Notes under the pieces: model-generated
What the model saw: only the letters and a program-made list of their open reading frames with translations
Databases searched by the model: none
What the model was told of the DNA's origin: nothing
IMG/VR virus record: IMGVR_UViG_3300033513_000011
Span: 1 to 52,813 of that record
Length of the DNA: 52,813 nucleotides
Direction: 5' to 3' (one strand)
From: a virus
Lineage: Duplodnaviria > Caudoviricetes
Shown: piece after piece, positions 44,533 to 52,813 of the stretch
How positions within the stretch are numbered: the stretch's first letter is position 1
How the letters are laid out: each line of letters starts with the position of its first letter
Made by a program: the position numbers and the translations under genes

Positions 44533-45233
44533 TGCCTGACAGCAGCACTTCCCAGATAGGTTACTCGAATGGCGGCATGAGCTATGGCGGCCAGGTATCC
44601 GGCTTCAGCCAGGGTGCCACCACCGCCACACCCTCCAGCAAAACGGCTTATGCCAGTGGCTACATCGCCAACCAGAGTACCCAGCACGCCTACGCTGGCG
44701 GGACAGGTGGCAATACCTCTCAACAAAATGCTTACCTGTCTGGAGTTTCAGGGAGCAGGATCTCAGCCTTTGCCCAGGGCACAAATGAAGGTGGGCCTCC
44801 TGAAGGAGGAGGAATGGCAAGCGCATTTATCTGGCTCAAGACATCGGATGGCACAACCATCTCTAAGAAGTTCCGCGTCATAGCAGAAGGCTATGACGAT
44901 GGCACGCCCGACAAGTCGGTCTCAATGGAGAAGACCATTGGCGGCGGGCTGGATATATCCCAGGGCGCTGTATACCGCTCCTGGAGCCCTGTCATCAGGG
45001 TCAGGCACACGGAGACCGAGACGGACTATGGCAACCTGCAAGACCTGGAGGATCTGTATGCTCTGAACGATCCAGGGGGCACACCCTCCAACATAGTCAC
45101 GTTCACCGATCACCATGACACAACCCACTACGTTATGCTGGTAGGTGAATTTCGCAAGCAGCTCCTGAGCGCCATGATTGAGGGGCAGTATGCCTGGTAC
45201 CTGGTGCGCTTACGCATGATGGAGGTCCAATGA
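44532..45233 (+). CDS. distal tail protein (Dit-like) with N-terminal AYxxG repeats
   Basis: Immediately after TMP; KTIGGGLD, LEDLY, VTFTDHH pattern; N-terminal S..AY..G units. Confidence 0.6.
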   Translation: MPDSSTSQIGYSNGGMSYGGQVSGFSQGATTATPSSKTAYASGYIANQSTQHAYAGGTGGNTSQQNAYLSGVSGSRISAFAQGTNEGGPPEGGGMASAFIWLKTSDGTTISKKFRVIAEGYDDGTPDKSVSMEKTIGGGLDISQGAVYRSWSPVIRVRHTETETDYGNLQDLEDLYALNDPGGTPSNIVTFTDHHDTTHYVMLVGEFRKQLLSAMIEGQYAWYLVRLRMMEVQ

Positions 45234-48200
45234 GAACGGTTTCGGATACCATCCTGACTGCCATTACCGCCAAAGAGAGTGCCAAGATGCTGGTGCAATG
45301 CGATATCCAGCCCAGTCGCTCCTACTTTGGCAGCCTGTACTCGGACAATCCTTATGATGGCAGCGACTATAGCGTGCCCACCGACGAGCCGCGTGGCCAG
45401 GCAGTCTGCCTGGGTGCGGATGGACTTGTCACCTTCATTGTCGAGGCGGACGGCGATATCATCGCCATGCTATCTGGGTCAGCAACCAAGCACGACTTGG
45501 GCATTGACGCCGACCCAACCACTAAGCCCGCTGTCAAGTCCCTCAGCCCCACGAGCGCCTATATCTGGTACTGGCATAGCACCAATGGGCTGCGCCGGTC
45601 AACAGTGAACCTGAGCACCTTCGGCGTCTCCGGAACCACTGGCATAACCATCGACTACATGCCCACCACCTGGACAATCTCGAAGCTCTCGCCTCACTTC
45701 CTGGAAGGTGACCGGATTGCTGCTACCTACCTAACCAGCAAAGGCGGGGTGAGCTGCGGTTACTATGATGGCACCCGCTGGCGCAACTGGACGATGCGCT
45801 TCATGTCCCCCAACAAAGCCATGACTGGCTACTGGACAGTTTACAGCACCGCTGCTATCCTGGAGAACCGGGTCTTTTTCTACATGACAGACATCGACAC
45901 GGGTGAAGTTCTTGGAGTTTACTATGACACTTTCCGGAACATATGGTCAGACACCTTCACGGCGCTGCCGGCAGACCTGTCACGCTTCTGCCTCGCCAAC
46001 GCCGTTTCTGCAGGTGGATATATCCACCTGGCAGGACAGTTCCACAGGACTGATGACCTTGCTGAAGCAAAGGTCTATAGCCTGGCAGTTCGTTCGAGTG
46101 ACGGGCTCAACTTCTCCTGGGATCTGTTCTCGCTCATCTCAAAGCTTGGATTCCGGTTCCATATAGCCCTGGACACCACCAACGACTGGCTGTATGCCTC
46201 CGATCGCAACTCGGTTGGCAGGGCGCACCTCTCCTACTTCTTCGCCAGCGTGCCAGCCACGACGCTGAGCCTCGGACCACCCCGAGATATCATCTCTTTT
46301 GAGTGCCGCTCCACAGACGCCACGCTCCGCCTGCGAGCCTATGATGAGGAGTTGATCGACAGCGAGCTAGTTGCCAAGAAGAACCGCGTCAAGCTACGCC
46401 TGGGCTACAGCACTTCTCTGGGCATCGAGTACGTGCACTACTCCAACTACATCATCAACGCCGTGCATGAGGGTTTCGCAGACGGTATGCGCCAGCTGCA
46501 GATCGACCTGGTGTGCGAGGGCTTGTGGAAGACCAACCAGATCGCTTTCCCTTTCTATGCAGAGATCACCTCGAAGTCATCCATGTATGACGACTGCAAT
46601 GAGCTGGATCACACCTACACTGCTCCTGGTCAAGCCCTGCGCCAGGACACAATGGTAATCGATCTGTGGAACTCCACCGAGTGGGAGGGCGCCAGTTGCA
46701 CCGGCTTCAGCCTGCGCACCAAGACCGGCCCTGGCATTGATAACAAGTGGAAAGAGGGAGCTTACACCATCGGCTGGCGCACCCAGGATCTGAAGGAGAA
46801 GCTGTCAGGCGATACCTATCCTGAGCTGGTGGGCACCACCTTGACTGTCATGCTTTATGGCTGGGCGCGCACCGATATCTCCGGGCGCTCCAACGACACC
46901 CTGACCATCTACATAACCACCATTGCTGAGGATGGCACAGAGACAGACCGAATAGGCACCCTGGCCAGCACTTATGACAAGTGGCCCAAGGAGTACAACG
47001 GGACGGCAGCCGGCTCTAACCCTGTGATCTACACCTGGAGCGGGCTGACGGCAGGCGAGTACGTCAAGTGGATTGCCGTCAAGCAGGTCAACGCCTCCAG
47101 CTCAGGGCTGACCAACTGGTGCCCTGCCCGCTTCGAGGTGCAAGGCGTCGAGTATGCCGTATCCGGGCTAGATGGGGCTTTGACCTGGAAGCAAACCAAG
47201 CCGGATGACTTCTCCCCTACCGCTGAGACCCTGCTCGAGGTGCCAGGCTGGGGGCTGCCCTACATCCTCTTTGCCCAGAGGCCTTACACGGCTTTCAAGT
47301 TCAGCTCAGCTGCCCAGTTCGTATACCGTCCTGGAGATAATCCGCTCTCCCCAGGCACGATCGGCTTTGGAGCTGTAGGTATGGCCGAGGATGGCGGCAA
47401 CTACATATGCGCTCGCTATAACATCAAAGGGACAAAAGTCGAGCTGCTCTACGCCAGGGACAGCCGCGAGACCGTGATCGCCACATGGAATGTAACCGGC
47501 CTTAGTGGAGACCTGGACCGGGTTATGCTGGAGCACCGAGACGGGCTGCTTACCGTGCGTGCTATGGGTGTAGACGACACCGGCTGGGGCGCATCGATCA
47601 TCAGCCACCACTGGGACGAAAGCACCTGCGGGGTGATGTCCACCTCAGATACCGGCATCATGCACGTGGGCGCTTACGGCACCATTGACCCACCCGACTT
47701 CCCGATCTGCAGCCTGAACCCGCTAGACGCAGACGGCATCGCTATGATCCCAGGCACGGACACCGAGGAGTTTCTGGCTTTCCCAGCTTCCGGCAAGGTG
47801 CTCATCGATGGCATTGTCTATTCTTATGGGAGCAAGACGCCGGTTGCTCGATGGGATGGCCCATGGCAAGGCAGGCAGTCGGACGACTATTCTGGAGCAA
47901 CTGGATCTGGACCCGGTGCAGAGATTGCCCACTACCATCCAGGCGGTGGCGACCACGACTATAGCGACTACCTGCTGGCTATTGAGACTGGTCACACTTG
48001 GCTGATCGATGAGACTGACTGGACCGTCACGCACTACAATGCAGGCACACCTAACCCTTTGCGCAACCGCTGCAGGCACTACACAGAGAGCATGAACGGG
48101 GATAACGTGGGCAGCAACTGGCGCTGCTGGGAGGCCATTGGCCTGACAGACCTGGAGTCAAGCGATGACGCCCTGGAAGCTTACTTCCATCCGGTTGGCA

Positions 48201-49369
48201 GCCGCTGTTTCATCTATGGCACCGATCGCATCTGGCTCAAGAGCCTGACCACCAGCACTCACGACCACGACGCCACAGTCAAGGATATGGTCAAGCAGCT
48301 GTGCGCAGTCGCCAGCGTAGAGACCGACTTCCCTGGAGACTGGGTAGCCATCACTCAACAGGTAGGCGATGCGCCCGTGCGCCTGGCAGCCACTACTGAG
48401 CTTTTCCCTGGGGGCATGGATGTAAGCTTCGGCTTACCCAACCTAGCAGGGGGAAGGTGGCTAAACATCTACGCTTCGAACCTGTACATTGGTGACCCGG
48501 AAGATGCCGAGAAGATCGAGATAGGCTTCCAGGATGTGGGCGGCACAGTTCGGGTGTACTGGCGCCCATCGGATCAGGTCTATAGCGACGGTCTCTATCT
48601 CCAAACCAGCATCCCTAGCAACATGATCCACGTAACTCGCATCCTGTTCCACTCTGAGTTTATCTCTATCTACCTGGATGGGCTTTCCATTGTGACCTTT
48701 GCCCTTGTCAAAGATGACCTTCACTGGCCGGCCACCCAACTGGAGATATACGGCATTGCCAGCGCCAATATGGTGCTCACAGACGTGACCATCGCTGAGC
48801 TGTTCGACTGGCGGGAGGCCATTTACGTTGAGAGCGAGATGAGCGCTGCCTCAGCCATTGGCTCAGTGATCCAGGAGCGGCCGGTGGAATACGGCCCAAC
48901 TATCAATGGTGGGGTTTCCTTCTCTTACCGGCTTCGAAGGGACACCATTACTTACTCCAACGACATCAGCGAGCGCATCTTGCGCCGCCACTTCTACCAC
49001 GATGCGACCACCCAGGACGCCGGCAGTGATGCGGTGGTCTATTACGCCGAGGTAGGCTTTGTTAGTGACGATGCCTTTGCCGACAATGAGGGTTTCCTTA
49101 CCCGTGTGCTCAAGCTGTCTACCCTGGACACAGGCGCCGAGAATGCTGCCAGGATCCTCCTGGAGAAAGCCAACGAGGGGCAGTATACCCATGACATGAC
49201 GCTGCGCCCTGACATCCGGGTAGAGGCCGGTGACCGGATTGAGCTCCACTATGTCCTTTCCGGAACGAGCACGCAGAAAGACCATGCCATGATCATCGAG
49301 GATTACTCCATCGGCATACGCGAAGGAGAGCTGCAGATGGATATCAATGCCAGGAAGGATATCCTATGA
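45230..49369 (+). CDS. tail tip / baseplate hub protein (1,379 aa)
   Basis: Follows Dit; beta-rich; hub-like segments RVKLRLGY and C-terminal DIRVEAGDRIEL. Confidence 0.7.
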   Translation: MRTVSDTILTAITAKESAKMLVQCDIQPSRSYFGSLYSDNPYDGSDYSVPTDEPRGQAVCLGADGLVTFIVEADGDIIAMLSGSATKHDLGIDADPTTKPAVKSLSPTSAYIWYWHSTNGLRRSTVNLSTFGVSGTTGITIDYMPTTWTISKLSPHFLEGDRIAATYLTSKGGVSCGYYDGTRWRNWTMRFMSPNKAMTGYWTVYSTAAILENRVFFYMTDIDTGEVLGVYYDTFRNIWSDTFTALPADLSRFCLANAVSAGGYIHLAGQFHRTDDLAEAKVYSLAVRSSDGLNFSWDLFSLISKLGFRFHIALDTTNDWLYASDRNSVGRAHLSYFFASVPATTLSLGPPRDIISFECRSTDATLRLRAYDEELIDSELVAKKNRVKLRLGYSTSLGIEYVHYSNYIINAVHEGFADGMRQLQIDLVCEGLWKTNQIAFPFYAEITSKSSMYDDCNELDHTYTAPGQALRQDTMVIDLWNSTEWEGASCTGFSLRTKTGPGIDNKWKEGAYTIGWRTQDLKEKLSGDTYPELVGTTLTVMLYGWARTDISGRSNDTLTIYITTIAEDGTETDRIGTLASTYDKWPKEYNGTAAGSNPVIYTWSGLTAGEYVKWIAVKQVNASSSGLTNWCPARFEVQGVEYAVSGLDGALTWKQTKPDDFSPTAETLLEVPGWGLPYILFAQRPYTAFKFSSAAQFVYRPGDNPLSPGTIGFGAVGMAEDGGNYICARYNIKGTKVELLYARDSRETVIATWNVTGLSGDLDRVMLEHRDGLLTVRAMGVDDTGWGASIISHHWDESTCGVMSTSDTGIMHVGAYGTIDPPDFPICSLNPLDADGIAMIPGTDTEEFLAFPASGKVLIDGIVYSYGSKTPVARWDGPWQGRQSDDYSGATGSGPGAEIAHYHPGGGDHDYSDYLLAIETGHTWLIDETDWTVTHYNAGTPNPLRNRCRHYTESMNGDNVGSNWRCWEAIGLTDLESSDDALEAYFHPVGSRCFIYGTDRIWLKSLTTSTHDHDATVKDMVKQLCAVASVETDFPGDWVAITQQVGDAPVRLAATTELFPGGMDVSFGLPNLAGGRWLNIYASNLYIGDPEDAEKIEIGFQDVGGTVRVYWRPSDQVYSDGLYLQTSIPSNMIHVTRILFHSEFISIYLDGLSIVTFALVKDDLHWPATQLEIYGIASANMVLTDVTIAELFDWREAIYVESEMSAASAIGSVIQERPVEYGPTINGGVSFSYRLRRDTITYSNDISERILRRHFYHDATTQDAGSDAVVYYAEVGFVSDDAFADNEGFLTRVLKLSTLDTGAENAARILLEKANEGQYTHDMTLRPDIRVEAGDRIELHYVLSGTSTQKDHAMIIEDYSIGIREGELQMDINARKDIL

Positions 49370-50208
49370 GGCTGAGACGCTCAGTGCGCACTTCCCTAAG
49401 CTTTGGCTCACAGGTAATTGCCACTGTTGAGAGTTATGCCTCCGGCTTTGCCTCTGTGCGCGTGGCTGGGACTGGCTCAAGGCTGACTAACCTGCCTTGT
49501 ACCAGCGCGGTCACGCCTGGGGATACAGTGATCGTAGACTACTCAGCCGAAGGAACACCTGTTGTCAGACCCCAGCAGCTTGCCCCGGATGTAATTACCC
49601 CTGCAGCTCTGGAGGTTGTCACAAAAGACCAGCGCCACGAGACGGAAGTTCCTTCATATATCATAAGCTCTAATGATCTCGTCAGCGCCCGTGTGGTCCG
49701 CACTGCGTCTATGAGCCTAGAAGGAGACAACCTTAGAACCGAGCCTCCACACATGGGATCCACAGTCATACCCTTTACAGATGTTGTCTGGCAAACTCAC
49801 AGCGATATGGCAGGGGCTTCTCCCTATATAGGCATCCGTGTACCCGTAGCCGGACGTTACTTCTGCCGCCTGACGGTAGCTTTCTCGCCCCTAAATGGAG
49901 ATGATGAGTTTACCAAGATACAGGTGTTCACGTCATACCCGGGAGGAGCTGGCTTTGGATCTAAGTACACGCGCATGTCCAACCATGACTTAGTTCTTAG
50001 TGCCAGCCAGATCATCTCACTCGGGCCAGGCTCTCTCGTCTCAGGCTCAGCCCGCTTCAAAAACCATACCTATTCGCATGATCCTTTCCCTTACTACTGC
50101 GTCCTTCCAGCTGATCCAGCTGGAGCCTATCCTCTTCTGGAGGTAGCCTTGATCTCGCCCTATGGGGCTGACCCAAGAGGTACCCCCTACTGGTACGAAA
50201 CGCCATGA
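49366..50208 (+). CDS. putative receptor-binding protein, paralog 1
   Basis: Shared N-terminus RLTNLP...PGD.V.VDYSA; C1q/BclA-like head (IPFTDVVW, VPVAGRY). Confidence 0.65.
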   Translation: MRLRRSVRTSLSFGSQVIATVESYASGFASVRVAGTGSRLTNLPCTSAVTPGDTVIVDYSAEGTPVVRPQQLAPDVITPAALEVVTKDQRHETEVPSYIISSNDLVSARVVRTASMSLEGDNLRTEPPHMGSTVIPFTDVVWQTHSDMAGASPYIGIRVPVAGRYFCRLTVAFSPLNGDDEFTKIQVFTSYPGGAGFGSKYTRMSNHDLVLSASQIISLGPGSLVSGSARFKNHTYSHDPFPYYCVLPADPAGAYPLLEVALISPYGADPRGTPYWYETP

Positions 50209-50999
50209 GCATCAAGCGTACTGTCCGTAAGACGCACCAGTCAGGAGCCTGGGTTTACGCTACGCTTGAAGCCCTGGCAGGCGGCTATGCCACCGTACGC
50301 CTAGCTCGCAATGGAGCGCGGGTAAGTAACCTACCTGTAGCCACGCCAGGCCTCAGGATAGGCGACCAGGTGATCCTGGACTACTCGGCTGGCATCCCCC
50401 CGGCTGTGATCCCGGCAGTTGCTTACGAGCAGATTGTTGCTAGAAAGCTAGAAGTTACCAAAGTCCAGAAAGAGGAAGCAGAGACTATCCTGCCTGCCCT
50501 GACCTCCGATATTGGCGTCAAGCTCAAGCGCTGCTCCAATGTTGGCGCAGGCACCATCTGGGAGACCATAAACTGGCTGGATGTAGTCTGGGATACAGCT
50601 GTCTTTTTTGACCCACTTATCCCCACGCAGATCACCTTTCTGGTAGCGGGCCTCTATCTGCTAATTGCACGCATCGAGATCACTTACCCTGGGGTGCTAT
50701 CAACGCTCTCCTACCAAATGCGGTTCTACTCTCCGGAGAGTTCCTTCGCTCTACCTATTGCCGGCGACTTCCCCTTGGTTGGTGTGGATGAGAACAACAT
50801 TCACTACTACCAGCAGTTCCCCTTCCTTGGGACGGGCACTAACAAGCAGATCAATGTCAAAGGACTAGGCGCCTTCAAGGCTGGGGAAACCATGCAACTG
50901 CAGGTACGTGCCATCAACGGCACCTGTAGCTTTGTTGACAACGATATCTCTCCCTCGATGGAGGTCCAGATCCTGGGACAGATACAGGAGGTCTTATGA
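50205..50999 (+). CDS. putative receptor-binding protein, paralog 2
   Basis: RVSNLP...IGDQVILDYSAG; INWLDVVWD, FLVAGLY, AGETMQLQV. Confidence 0.65.
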   Translation: MSIKRTVRKTHQSGAWVYATLEALAGGYATVRLARNGARVSNLPVATPGLRIGDQVILDYSAGIPPAVIPAVAYEQIVARKLEVTKVQKEEAETILPALTSDIGVKLKRCSNVGAGTIWETINWLDVVWDTAVFFDPLIPTQITFLVAGLYLLIARIEITYPGVLSTLSYQMRFYSPESSFALPIAGDFPLVGVDENNIHYYQQFPFLGTGTNKQINVKGLGAFKAGETMQLQVRAINGTCSFVDNDISPSMEVQILGQIQEVL

Positions 51000-51853
51000 G
51001 ACTCCGGCGATCTATCCGCAAGACCATACAGCGCGGGTCAGTCTCCATCGGAACCGCTGTCAGCTACAACAACGGCAGGGCTACGGTCCGAATAGGTGGC
51101 ACACGCCTGACTAATCTACCAGTCATGGGAGCCGTTGTGCCGGGGCAGCAAGTCGCCGTTGACTACTCAGCGGGAGTCGTCCCTGTCGTCCGCCCTCTGG
51201 GCATACCTACCACGCCAGTAACCCCAGCTCCACTGGCAACCACCAAGAACAAACGCGTTCAAGAGGTAGAAGGAGGCCAAATATTACTTGACATCCTGCG
51301 GCCGGATTACGGCATGTACACTTTGATATACCATGAGATTAACTGGGAGACATATATTCAGTACGTCTGGGACGGCGTGCCTGTTGCCATTCGCTGGGCT
51401 GGCTGCACCACATGGGAAGGCTACCGCTACTACTGTGTCACATGGGACGCGGGCAACATGTACCAGGGCTACACCGGGTGGGGCACAACCTATCTTACTA
51501 TCCCTGTCTCCGGTAAGTACCTAATCAGCCTGGATATCAACCTGGGTGAGTTCTGGGCCAACGATTGGGCAGTCATGGAGAAATTTCCTGGCTATTATCG
51601 CATCCAGCTTTTTGCAGGTGGAACGCTGCTTGCTGAAGAGTCAGCCTGGAAGAATTTCTCCGTCAACCTGTGCGCTATAGCCAGCCTGGCAGCTGGTGAT
51701 GTAGTCTCAGCCTGGATATACCCAAAAAATGCAGTGGGTTACTGGACTGGTGGGCAGGATGCCTACTCCCTATGGCCATGGGTAAGCAGCCTTGCCTTTA
51801 CGGCCGGCAACAACTCTATAAGCATTCACCTGCTACCAGGCACAATGGTGTAA
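50996..51853 (+). CDS. putative receptor-binding protein, paralog 3
   Basis: RLTNLP...PGQQVAVDYSAG; TIPVSGKYLIS, LAAGDVVSAWI. Confidence 0.65.
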   Translation: MRLRRSIRKTIQRGSVSIGTAVSYNNGRATVRIGGTRLTNLPVMGAVVPGQQVAVDYSAGVVPVVRPLGIPTTPVTPAPLATTKNKRVQEVEGGQILLDILRPDYGMYTLIYHEINWETYIQYVWDGVPVAIRWAGCTTWEGYRYYCVTWDAGNMYQGYTGWGTTYLTIPVSGKYLISLDINLGEFWANDWAVMEKFPGYYRIQLFAGGTLLAEESAWKNFSVNLCAIASLAAGDVVSAWIYPKNAVGYWTGGQDAYSLWPWVSSLAFTAGNNSISIHLLPGTMV

Positions 51854-51864
51854 AGGAGGCTCTT

Positions 51865-52813
51865 ATGCGCCCTCAAGAATACAGTATCCTACACCGCGAG
51901 CTAAAGGACTTCGCAGGTCCAGTCGATCTGAGGATCCGCCTGCTCTCGGTTATCCATGCACTGGCTTACCCGCCTCTCCCCAAGCTCCTGGACATGAGCC
52001 GCTACCAGGTGGGAGATGTGATCAACCCCAAGGAGATCAAGGCTGCAGGTTACGTGGGCATCATCCTGCAAGCTTCCTATGGGGTATACGCCGACTCGGC
52101 TTTCAGCCACTTCTGGCCCATGTTCCTGGATGAGGGTTTCATCGTTATGACCTACCACCTCTTCTGGGCTACCTTGTCAGGCTTCAACCAAGCGGATAAG
52201 CATCTGGAGACGGTCGCTCCACTCTGGCAAGCAGCTGGTGTCAGGTGGCCTGCCTGGAATGACATCGAGGTGCGCGACGGTGTGCTCGTATCCACCCGCC
52301 AGGGCCGTGCTGAGGACTGGAGATACGAGATCCAGAAGGAAACCAAGCCGGGAACTTACTGCTCCTACTCACTATGGGATGAGCTGATGGGCGGGATAGC
52401 CTTAGGTGACCAGCTAGGCTGGCAAGCCGCCTGGAACCCTTACTACGACTTTACCCTCTGCCGTGGCTGGAAGCCGGAACAAACCGTGCTCAGGCAGAAT
52501 GGCGTCGCCCGCAAGCACGACTGGGTTGAGGTTGTGCCTGGCTGTAGTGGCGACGTGGATGTCAATGAGTTTCGAGGAACCCTGGAGGAACTCTATCTTC
52601 TGGCAGGGGAAACCCCGCCAGCACCACCCCCACCCCCTGAACCGGAGGATGATATGACTGCAATTGAGAACCTGAAAGCTGGACGCGACAAGCTGGTCGC
52701 CATTCACGGTGAGCTAGATGTCGCCATAACCACCATCAACGCTGGCATCGCAGAGCTCGAAGCCGGCCAGCCACCTACGCCCCCACCTCCAACACCACAA
52801 CCAACCACCGTCA
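51865..52813 (+). CDS. endolysin, GH25 muramidase (3' truncated by window; absent from ORF track)
   Basis: AAAGGAGG RBS, ATG 51865; LDMSRYQ, IILQASYG, TYHLF, WNDIE (DxE), WQAAW, VPGCSGDVDVNEF, then Pro-rich linkers. Confidence 0.85.
   Translation, partial: MRPQEYSILHRELKDFAGPVDLRIRLLSVIHALAYPPLPKLLDMSRYQVGDVINPKEIKAAGYVGIILQASYGVYADSAFSHFWPMFLDEGFIVMTYHLFWATLSGFNQADKHLETVAPLWQAAGVRWPAWNDIEVRDGVLVSTRQGRAEDWRYEIQKETKPGTYCSYSLWDELMGGIALGDQLGWQAAWNPYYDFTLCRGWKPEQTVLRQNGVARKHDWVEVVPGCSGDVDVNEFRGTLEELYLLAGETPPAPPPPPEPEDDMTAIENLKAGRDKLVAIHGELDVAITTINAGIAELEAGQPPTPPPPTPQPTTV

Larger units (their letters stand above)
1..52813. mobile_element. Tailed dsDNA bacteriophage genome segment (siphovirus-like)
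   Basis: Terminase-portal-scaffold-capsid-neck-tail tube-chaperones-tape measure-tail tip-lysin synteny; dense small ORFs; no host housekeeping genes and no tail sheath recognised. Confidence 0.95.

Noticed and set aside
46673-46685. Ninth palindrome copy TCCAC-CGA-GTGGG
   Set aside because: One arm mismatch and spacer does not fit R-S-C; could be chance
49366-51853. Diversity-generating retroelement acting on the tail-tip paralogs
   Set aside because: No reverse transcriptase and no near-identical template/variable repeat pair seen in the window
1-52813. Stop-codon reassignment
   Set aside because: Genes are long and tightly packed under the standard code, and TAA, TAG and TGA all end genes

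Overview
The whole window is a tailed dsDNA phage genome segment (siphovirus-like). 1-7.7 kb is a leftward operon of about 25 small hypothetical genes with strong AGAAAGGAG-type RBSs. 7.7-8.0 kb is a G/C-run-rich divergence region. From 8.0 kb everything runs rightward: small accessory genes, terminase large subunit, portal, a ~13 kb block of accessory virion genes (a glycosyltransferase-methyltransferase fusion and five proteins built on a ~14-aa 'S-x-x-A-Y-L-x-G' repeat), decoration/scaffold/major capsid, neck, tail tube, tail chaperones with a -1 frameshift, a 3,327-aa tape measure protein, Dit, hub, three paralogous receptor-binding proteins and a GH25 endolysin running off the right edge. 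The main finding is that the N-terminal ~1,300 aa of the tape measure protein carry, in the correct order, the motifs of a two-barrel (cellular-type) RNA polymerase (K-GGGS-K-VV, R-E-P, G-D-W-D-A-D, then GMG...Q-x-x-L-D-K), suggesting a tail-tape-fused virion RNA polymerase. Accompanying DNA signals include eight copies of a transcription-oriented palindrome TCCAC-RSC-GTGGA and a CCTATAT motif upstream of the first leftward genes. All family calls come from reading motifs by eye; no database search was run. No tRNA, rRNA, CRISPR array, integrase or replication gene was recognised. The host is not determinable; a monoderm host is only suggested.
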